Shown here: positions 9,329 through 16,250 of the stretch, one piece after another | How positions within the stretch are numbered: position 1 is the first letter of the stretch | How the letters are laid out: every line of letters starts with the position of its first letter | IMG/VR virus record: IMGVR_UViG_3300031720_000003 | Span: 1 to 63,823 of that record | Length of the DNA stretch: 63,823 nt | Reading direction: 5' to 3' (one strand) | Source: a virus | Lineage: Duplodnaviria > Caudoviricetes | The notes under the pieces: model-generated | Told to the model about the DNA's origin: nothing | What the model saw: the letters and a program-made list of their open reading frames with translations, nothing else | Databases searched by the model: none | Position numbers and translations under genes: made by a program

Positions 9329-9654
9329 TATTCGCCCCTCCGCCAGCGGCGGAAGGGCGAGAGGCGCGGCTTGCCGTGCTTGCAGGCCCGGCAGAACAGG
9401 GCGAGGCTCCACAGGGGCAGGGGACGCCCACAGGCAGCGCAGGGGCGTGGTTTGATCTCCCCCTCCTTCACAGCAGCCACAGGGCCTCTTAGGGGATGTG
9501 CGGACGGGGCGCGCCGAGCAGGAAGCTGGCGAAGCCCGTGGCGAGGCCCAGATCGACCAGGAAGGTCTGTAGCTGCCCGGTTGTGACCGCCACCAGCGAG
9601 AGGATGGCGGCAAGGGCGAAGCAGACCACCGCGACCAGGAGCAAGAGGAAGCTC

Positions 9655-10212
9655 ATGGAGGGTCAGGATACCACCTCTGAACAGACGTTCCCGGCGAAAC
9701 CCCCAGCGTTCTATGATGCGGAGCGCATGCTGGCGGCGCAGGACGTGGAGCCGGACACCGAGCAGTCCGACCCGTGGCTGGAGCAGGCCCACCGTGACGC
9801 CGTGGCCCAGGTCTCAGCGTGGCTGCGCCGGCCCTCGGGCAGCCTTGAAGTGCTCTCTTTGACGAGCTGGGACAGCAACAGCAGCGGGACGCGCGAACCC
9901 AGCTCGGCCTTCAATGTGGTCATTCGGGAATTAGATCTCGAAGCCGCCATCGACCGCCTGCCACAGCTGGAGCAGGTTTGCTGTCTGGTCAGTAAGGCCA
10001 TCGACCGGGAGACCAAGGGCTGGTTTCGCACCCAGGTCATCCCCGCCATGGAGCGCCTCTGCGGGATGGAATGGATCGAGTGGACGTACTGGGTGGAGTC
10101 GCACCCCGAGCGTGACCATGAGGGACGCGAGAACAACAAGCCCTTCGAGCGGCTGCTCTCCCGAGCTGCGGAGCACATCGTCGACGACCTCGGCGACAGC
10201 TTCTTCCGCTAG
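9655..10212 (+). CDS. hypothetical protein, possible late-gene regulator
   Basis: Last gene of the rightward operon; DLEAAIDRLPQLE resembles the start of sigma region 4. Confidence 0.45.
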   Translation: MEGQDTTSEQTFPAKPPAFYDAERMLAAQDVEPDTEQSDPWLEQAHRDAVAQVSAWLRRPSGSLEVLSLTSWDSNSSGTREPSSAFNVVIRELDLEAAIDRLPQLEQVCCLVSKAIDRETKGWFRTQVIPAMERLCGMEWIEWTYWVESHPERDHEGRENNKPFERLLSRAAEHIVDDLGDSFFR

Positions 10213-10216
10213 ACGC

Positions 10217-10280
10217 AAAAAGAAGCCCCCGAACCCTGTGAAGGGCCGGGGGCAATGCGAAGAAGGGGTTCGGGGGGTTA
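10217..10280. terminator. hairpin/terminator between convergent operons
   Basis: AAAAAGAAGCCCCCGAACCC...GGGTTCGGGGGG inverted repeat. Confidence 0.6.
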
Positions 10281-10607
10281 GCGGCCAGACACACTCACAG
10301 AGCATGTGCCCGGTGCCGGTGGCTCAATGCCGTACTGCGCGGCAAAGGCACCGACCACACGACAGGTGTAGTTTGCCTCAGCCAGGTAGCTCTGGATGAA
10401 TCTCGCGCTGGCTTGAGCTTGCTCCGCCTGAATCTGTTGTAGCTGTTGGTTCTGCGCAATCAGTGCGTTGACGCGCTCGCTGTTGAAGCGCACGTTGACC
10501 ACGGTGAACACCAGTCCAATGAGCAGGAGCAACTGAAAGAAGTAGATCAGCCCGAACGTATAGCGGTGTTCGAAGAAGAACTCGAAGGGCGTCTCGCGCT
10601 GGGGCAT
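10278..10607 (-). CDS. membrane-anchored coiled-coil protein (lysis-accessory-like)
   Basis: One TM helix followed by a Gln-rich helix. Confidence 0.6.
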   Translation of the reverse strand: MPQRETPFEFFFEHRYTFGLIYFFQLLLLIGLVFTVVNVRFNSERVNALIAQNQQLQQIQAEQAQASARFIQSYLAEANYTCRVVGAFAAQYGIEPPAPGTCSVSVSGR

Positions 10608-10611
10608 TTGC

Positions 10612-11010
10612 TCATCGGCCTCCTGGGAGGGTGGGCGCAACGGTGGGGGCGGACTGGTAGATGATCGTGGGAGCAGCGGGGCCGAGCACATGCAGCGCCA
10701 CGATGACGCCCACGATGGCCGCGATGGCTTGCAACAGGGCAAAGATGGTGCCCCCGATGGTCAGCCACCGACGCAGGCGTCTGCGCTCCTCTTTTTCACG
10801 CTTAGCTTGCTCAAGCTCTTCCTGATCGCGCTGCATCCCTCGCCGCACCAAGCGGGGAAAGCTGTTGCGCTCAAGGACGCTCAGCTCGTCGATATGGGTC
10901 TCGCTGAGGATCTTGATCCAGTCGCGGATCCGGCCCAAGGAGCCGTTGGGGGTGTGGCCCAACGGCGAGCGCAGAGCATCAGCATCCTCCTCTTCAGGTG
11001 GCACGCGCAC
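10612..11010 (-). CDS. membrane protein
   Basis: C-terminal TM helix; GAGGAGG RBS. Confidence 0.6.
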   Translation of the reverse strand: MRVPPEEEDADALRSPLGHTPNGSLGRIRDWIKILSETHIDELSVLERNSFPRLVRRGMQRDQEELEQAKREKEERRRLRRWLTIGGTIFALLQAIAAIVGVIVALHVLGPAAPTIIYQSAPTVAPTLPGGR

Positions 11011-11102
11011 AGTCCTCCTCTCAGGTCGTAACAGTGTGGTCAGTGACGTGCGCGGCTTAGGTGATCAGATCGAAGTTTGGGCAGAGATCCCAAGATCCCG
11101 AG

Positions 11103-11963
11103 CTATTCGTCCCGCTCGAACCAACTCCCGACAGTTATAGAGCCAGAGCCGTTCGTGTTAGGAGCCATCGCGTACACCCCGCCGGGGTCGCAATCGCTTA
11201 CGGCTTGGAAGTTGAGCGTGGTCGCTCCTGCGCCACTTCCCCACGAATTCACGCCTACCACGCCCCAGCGCACAAGATCCCCAGCGATGGTGCTCCATGG
11301 CTCAATCGTTGCTGCGTCGAAGTGGGCACTGACGAAGGCTGCGAACGTGAGCTTCGTGGAGCGTCGATTCGCGTCGTTCAAGTACGCCTGATAGATGCTG
11401 AGTCCAGTGATTAGGGTGCCGGTACCACCCGTGCAGCCCGTGAAGGTGGTGCTTGTGACCCCCGTGTATTGCACCGATGTCCAGCCCAATTGAGTGAGCA
11501 CCACTAGGTAGCCAGAACTGTCGAAGGCGGCTGTTGAAGCCACGTTAATCGTTGCAGTAGGCAGCGCCACGTTATTGCTGCCCGACGCCGTCGTCGTTCT
11601 GGCCGCTTTGCGCGACGCCTTCATGTCCCCACCCGAGGTATAGGGCTGCTGGCTGTCGTGCGTTCGGGGCTCGATCAAGGGCGACCAGTATGTAACGTTT
11701 GGGGTTTGTCCGTCGTTGGTGTCCACAAAGAGGATGTAGTAGGTGGACTGGTCGGGGGTCTCCCAGGTGGCGGAAACCGTGATGTTGCCGTAAGTGTTCG
11801 TCACCGCCGCCACATTGGTGATGCCGAAGTCTGGGCTTCCCGCTGGTGTGACATCCCCCTGTGCCGGTGGACTGCCGAACCGACTGGTTAGCCATGCACT
11901 CGTCTGCACCGTGCTCGACGGTGTATACGAAAACGGGTTCTGCCAGGCCAGGGTGTAGCTCAC
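11103..11963 (-). CDS. minor tail / receptor-binding-like protein
   Basis: S/T/G-rich beta protein at the end of the tail operon. Confidence 0.6.
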   Translation of the reverse strand: MSYTLAWQNPFSYTPSSTVQTSAWLTSRFGSPPAQGDVTPAGSPDFGITNVAAVTNTYGNITVSATWETPDQSTYYILFVDTNDGQTPNVTYWSPLIEPRTHDSQQPYTSGGDMKASRKAARTTTASGSNNVALPTATINVASTAAFDSSGYLVVLTQLGWTSVQYTGVTSTTFTGCTGGTGTLITGLSIYQAYLNDANRRSTKLTFAAFVSAHFDAATIEPWSTIAGDLVRWGVVGVNSWGSGAGATTLNFQAVSDCDPGGVYAMAPNTNGSGSITVGSWFERDE

Positions 11964-11967
11964 GGGG

Positions 11968-12195
11968 CTAGTTGTGCCCCACGGGTTGCAGTGACGGGAC
12001 GACTGTCAGCTCAAGGTTCGGTGGGCTGAGTAGGAATTCGCGCTGCTCACCGTCCTGGAACTCCAGCGTGACCGTGGGCGGATGGGAAGCGTCGGCGTGG
12101 TAGTGGATCAGTGCGAAGGCGACGCCAACGAGCGGCATGTCCCCGTCCAACACACGCAAGGTGCCATCGTCGCGGCACTCCAAACGCAGTCGCAT
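11968..12195 (-). CDS. hypothetical protein
   Basis: GGAGG RBS; located in the tail operon. Confidence 0.55.
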   Translation of the reverse strand: MRLRLECRDDGTLRVLDGDMPLVGVAFALIHYHADASHPPTVTLEFQDGEQREFLLSPPNLELTVVPSLQPVGHN

Positions 12196-12209
12196 TATTT
12201 GCAGCCTCC

Positions 12210-13055
12210 CTATGCGCTTTTGATGTACCAAGCCACGCCGCGAGCCGGGTTGAGAACTGAGAAGGCAGAGCCCGAGCCCGCACTTCCTGTACTGGACGCA
12301 CTAGAGGCGCTGCTGTCAGTGGTAGGGGTAGTCGAGGCAGTAATCGTGCTGGTGCCATTCAGCGCGAACCCGCTGCCGCCTGTCGTGAACACGGCGCCGC
12401 CTGCGTTGTCGAGAACGAAATGGCTGCTGCCACCGCTCGCCGTTCCGTGGGTGTGACCACCGTGGTTGTGGCTGTGCGTGTGCGTCATGCTGTGCGTGTG
12501 GCTCGGCATGTTGCTGGTGCTGATAGTCGCCGTCGTCGCTCCGGTTGTTGCACCCAGCGCCACCGTGCTGCCCGCACCCATGGGAAACACGTTGCGCATA
12601 TCTGGCACAGTCGTGGAGTTGCCCAGATACGCGTACAGCGCCGGGTTGGTGGTCGCCAGGGAGGGATAGTTGGTGCCGTCGCAGAGGATGAACACGGGCG
12701 AGCTGAAGCTCTTTGGGAACAGCAGGATGGCGCCGATGGGCACTCCTGAACCGCCCGCGCCCGCCGATCCGGCGGCTGGCCCCATCACCATGCGCGAGGT
12801 GCGCCCACTGCCCTGACCGCGGGCGATCAGCACCGCGTCCCCGACGGCCGGGTAGTAGTAGCTCATGTACGGCAAGCCCGGAGTGATGCTCGCCCCCGCG
12901 CCAGTTGCGGAGTTGTCGAGGTACACGTCCACGGTGTAGTTGCCGGTCATGTCCACCGCCGCGATGGTGCCGGTCTGCCACCCCGAGTCCTGATCCCACG
13001 ATGGCTTCAGCGCCGTGGCCAGACTGCGCGCGATCGCAGTCGGGCTCAGTGCCAC
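12210..13055 (-). CDS. tail fibre/spike protein with tail-collar domain
   Basis: VPIGAILLF...LCDG...VPDMRNVFPMGAG; HTHS repeats; OB-fold-like N-terminus (YYPAVGDAVLI). Confidence 0.8.
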   Translation of the reverse strand: MALSPTAIARSLATALKPSWDQDSGWQTGTIAAVDMTGNYTVDVYLDNSATGAGASITPGLPYMSYYYPAVGDAVLIARGQGSGRTSRMVMGPAAGSAGAGGSGVPIGAILLFPKSFSSPVFILCDGTNYPSLATTNPALYAYLGNSTTVPDMRNVFPMGAGSTVALGATTGATTATISTSNMPSHTHSMTHTHSHNHGGHTHGTASGGSSHFVLDNAGGAVFTTGGSGFALNGTSTITASTTPTTDSSASSASSTGSAGSGSAFSVLNPARGVAWYIKSA

Positions 13056-13057
13056 GC

Positions 13058-14302
13058 TCAGGCCCCCGGGGCGATCACGCGCCCGCTGAGCACTGTCTGG
13101 GTCGCGTATTCGACGCTGTAGTGGATGGTGTCGGTGATGGTCTTCTGCATGTTCAAACCCAGTCGTGGTTCGGTGGCGGTGAACACGTCATCAATGTCGA
13201 AGAGGGGGTTGTTGGGCGCGCTCACCGACAAGGTGTATGCAGAGGACAGCGACACGCCGAGGTTGAACTGCGCCTCCGACAATGCCTGTGCCGACGACGT
13301 GATCAGGCTGTCCATGATGAAGTTGGGCGCCCGCCCGATCCCCCCGCCCACAAACGTCGGTGAGGCGGAGTTGTTGTCGGCGGCTTCGGCCTGGATCGGG
13401 GTGTTGGTGCCGGTCAGGTTCTGCGCCCCGGTCGCGGCCACGAAGATGTCGTTCTTGACCCCGTCGCGGGTCATCGCCAAGGTCACCGCTGCGGGAGTGG
13501 TGAACGGTGTGCCCCCGATGGGATGCACGTAGGTGCCTTGCGCGGTCACCTCACCGGGATAGAAGTTCCACACCGGAGCCAGTGAGGAGAGTGATCCGCC
13601 CGCGGCTGAACCCGGAATGGGTTTGCCAGTGAGCACGCCGTTGACATCGAAGAAGAGCTGCTGACCGCCTGACTGGGCCATGTCCAAGCACGCCTGCCAG
13701 GGATCCTGTCCCTGGTTGTACGTGCCCGCCGGCACCACGTACGACGAGCCGCCCTGAAAGTTGGGATTGGTGATCCAGGGTGGCACGGGAATGCCCACCG
13801 AGCCCGGCCCGTTGTTGTTCCAGATGTAGCTCAACAAGGCCACGACCTCATCCTCGAGCACCCCACCCGCTGCGGGAACCGTGTAGTTCTGCAGCAGTTG
13901 CCACTGCGAGAAGGGCCAGCTGCGGTCGAACAACTGCAGCGTGCAGGTGAGGTTGTTGCCCGTTGAGGCGGTCGTGGTCGTTGCAATCGCGTACACACCC
14001 AGAGGTGCCCAGCCGTTGGCTCCGATCTGTCCCGTCTGGATGTCCGGGGCCAGCACGGTCATGGCCACCGACACCTCCGTACCGAAGGGGGCAAGGGGCG
14101 AGGTGGGATCCAGCGGCAAATACGGCACCTGCTGTCCCGACCACAACACCGTCTGCGGTGGGATGGAAGGGACGATCTCGACGGTCAGCTCGCCCTGCCG
14201 GCGCTGTGCGCTGTTGCGATCGACGGTGAAGTCAGCCTCAGAGACAGGCAGGTAGATGCTGGTGCTCTGTCCGCTGTTCATGACGTTCAACTGGCACGCC
14301 AT
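13058..14302 (-). CDS. minor tail protein (DUF5047-like hub)
   Basis: VDRNSAQRRQGELTV, PLAPFGTEV, DPWQAC...LFFDVNG. Confidence 0.75.
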   Translation of the reverse strand: MACQLNVMNSGQSTSIYLPVSEADFTVDRNSAQRRQGELTVEIVPSIPPQTVLWSGQQVPYLPLDPTSPLAPFGTEVSVAMTVLAPDIQTGQIGANGWAPLGVYAIATTTTASTGNNLTCTLQLFDRSWPFSQWQLLQNYTVPAAGGVLEDEVVALLSYIWNNNGPGSVGIPVPPWITNPNFQGGSSYVVPAGTYNQGQDPWQACLDMAQSGGQQLFFDVNGVLTGKPIPGSAAGGSLSSLAPVWNFYPGEVTAQGTYVHPIGGTPFTTPAAVTLAMTRDGVKNDIFVAATGAQNLTGTNTPIQAEAADNNSASPTFVGGGIGRAPNFIMDSLITSSAQALSEAQFNLGVSLSSAYTLSVSAPNNPLFDIDDVFTATEPRLGLNMQKTITDTIHYSVEYATQTVLSGRVIAPGA

Positions 14303-14400
14303 GATCGCGCTGCCCCAGCGCAGCGCGTCTATAAATCCCGAGGCTGCCGACCAGATGGCGCAAATCCCTCCCGTTCGAGAGCGCTATCGGTCGCAATGTG

Positions 14401-14437
14401 TAGACCGCTTGCGTTCTGTTGTCCCGCTCTCTACAAT
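14401..14437 (+). promoter_or_regulatory. sigma70-type promoter of the RAMP-like cassette, with operator-like site
   Basis: TTGCGT(14409)-N17-TACAAT(14432); 14401-14417 matches the 3184-3200 site at 16/17 positions. Confidence 0.75.
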
Positions 14438-14504
14438 GCGAAGCCCCTGGAGCGGTTGGGCTCCGAGGGGCTTCTAACCACCAACCTGTGTGGAGGTCAA
14501 TGGC

Positions 14505-15152
14505 GTGGCTATTAATGGTACGGCGACTGCTGTCAGGCCAACAGAAGAGCGCACTTTCGTGGAAGCAGCCCTCACGCTGGAGCCGCTACAGATCAGTTCC
14601 GTGGACATTCGCGTCGAGGGGCTGTCCCCGCTGAGCACACATCGCTGGTCGGAGAAGGCCAAACGGATGATGCTCGAGGCGCAGAGCGGCAAGGCACGCA
14701 AGCGCAAGGAGCCGAAGGATCCCGACGCGGACTACAACGACGCGCGCTACCGAATTGACGCTAAGCGCGACGGCATCCCCGCGATCTGTTTCAAGGCCGC
14801 GATCGTCGGCGCGGCTCGTCACTTCGAAGGCATCCCCATGACCGTTCTCAAGACCGCAATCTTCGTTGAGGGCATCGGCAAGGAGCAACTCATCCCAATC
14901 GAGGGCAAGCCCGAGAAGTGGGAGGCGACGGTGCGCATCGCCATGGGCACTGCCGACCTGCGCTATCGTCCACTGTACTGGCCATGGTCTGCGGTGCTGC
15001 CGGTGCGCTTCGTGGCGTCGACCATCTCGCTTGACGCTGTCTACGCTTTGGTCGATGCTGCCGGCTTGGGTGGCGTCGGTGAGTGGCGTCCCAGCGCACC
15101 AAAGTCGCTCACAGGCTCCTACGGTCGATTCAAGGTTTCAGTGGAGGCTTAG
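14505..15152 (+). CDS. RAMP/Cas7-like RNA-binding protein
   Basis: IRVEGLSPL first strand, IPAICFKAAI helix, and C-terminal Gly-rich loop GLGGVGEWRP...GSYGRFKV follow the RAMP layout; GGAGG before GTG at 14505 (ORF open from 14490). Confidence 0.65.
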   Translation: MAINGTATAVRPTEERTFVEAALTLEPLQISSVDIRVEGLSPLSTHRWSEKAKRMMLEAQSGKARKRKEPKDPDADYNDARYRIDAKRDGIPAICFKAAIVGAARHFEGIPMTVLKTAIFVEGIGKEQLIPIEGKPEKWEATVRIAMGTADLRYRPLYWPWSAVLPVRFVASTISLDAVYALVDAAGLGGVGEWRPSAPKSLTGSYGRFKVSVEA

Positions 15153-15154
15153 CC

Positions 15155-15616
15155 ATGGCACTCGCCACCGCTCCGACGCTGGTTTACGAAGGACTGCCCG
15201 ACGCTGCGCTACGCGAGTTGGAGCAGCTCCATGAGCAGGATGGGGCGCTTCGACCTGAACGTGTTATCGAAGTCGCGGCTGATGCCGATAGCCCTCTGCA
15301 CAGCTACTTCGAGTGGGATGACACCGAGGCGGCTCGGCAGCACCGCATCGCACAGGCACGTCAGGTGATCCGGTCGGTCAAGGTCTATGTCAGCGATCGC
15401 CCTGCTGTGCAAGTGCGTGCCTACGTGTCCATGGGCGTTGAGCACGGACGGGCGTATCAGCGCACCAGCCAGGTCGTGAACAATGAGTTCACTCTGAACG
15501 AACTGCGGCGATCACTCGGTCGTGATCTCCAGCGGATCCAGCGGAAGCTACAGCTCATTGATGAATTCGCCGAAGCCGCAGCGGGACTCAACGGCGTTAT
15601 TGCCATGTTGTCCTAG
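15155..15616 (+). CDS. conserved phage protein, partner of the RAMP-like gene
   Basis: LRPERVIEVAADADSPLHSYFEWDDTEAARQHRIAQARQVIRSV...VRAYVS; GGAGG RBS. Confidence 0.75.
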   Translation: MALATAPTLVYEGLPDAALRELEQLHEQDGALRPERVIEVAADADSPLHSYFEWDDTEAARQHRIAQARQVIRSVKVYVSDRPAVQVRAYVSMGVEHGRAYQRTSQVVNNEFTLNELRRSLGRDLQRIQRKLQLIDEFAEAAAGLNGVIAMLS

Positions 15617-15617
15617 G

Positions 15618-16083
15618 GGCAGCAATGGCGCGCACAGGCGAGCACTGAAGGGGACAGCCCTGCGGTGGAATGGTCAGTCTTGGAACGGCACGGCAGCATT
15701 GGAATGGCAGTAACGGCTAGCTTGGCCCGGCACCGCACTGCAGCGCACCACTGCGCAACGACACGGAATGGCAGTAATGGCGTGGCGAGCAAGGCACCGG
15801 ATTGGCAGCATGGCAGCGGTGCGTCCTGCGTGGGTCGGTCAAGCAAGGCATGGCAGGGCACAGGTACGCATGGGATTGCAGTGGCAGTGGTGGATAGCCA
15901 CGCGAGGGACGGCAATGTTAAGCAAGGCATTGGCAGCAGTGGACAGGCGAGCCCTGGGCTGCCGGGCACAGGCAGGCTACGGTATGCAGCGCGACGGCAC
16001 GGTTTGGAATGGCAGTAGAGGCTGGCGTCGGAGTGCGACGCACTGGCGGGCGTTGGACAGGCTCGCAATGTAGCGCAGAGGCA
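15618..16083 (+). ncRNA. 5-nt-periodic G[G/C]NNN array, 8 units delimited by GGCA; candidate guide-RNA array
   Basis: 85 of 86 pentamers start with G; GGCA tetramers at 15618, 15692, 15706, 15770, 15804, 15883, 15932, 16011 and 16080. Confidence 0.75.
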
Positions 16084-16094
16084 GGCTAACCGTG

Positions 16095-16127
16095 CTCAGG
16101 ACGGCGGCGATGTGTCGTCGTCCTGAG
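16095..16127 (+). terminator. hairpin closing the array
   Basis: CTCAGGACGGCGGC-GATGT-GTCGTCGTCCTGAG, a 14-bp stem with G-U pairs and no U tract. Confidence 0.6.
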
Positions 16128-16250
16128 TCTCATCCTCGGGGTGCAGCAGTTCACGAGCGGCATCAAGCAACCACTGCGGTGTCCGATCCGATCGCAGAAT
16201 CGTCTCGCGACCGTGCAGAACAACGACCGGAGCGGGATCCATGCTGTGCC

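Noticed and set aside
15613-16073. ORFs 15613..16068 (-), 15665..16018 (+) and 15768..16073 (+) over the array
   Set aside because: No RBS or recognisable motifs; the sequence has 5-nt rather than 3-nt periodicity, so the open frames are by-products.
15618-16083. Canonical CRISPR array
   Set aside because: No 23-47-bp direct repeats with spacers and no cas1/cas2; the only constant elements are GGCAG and the periodic G.
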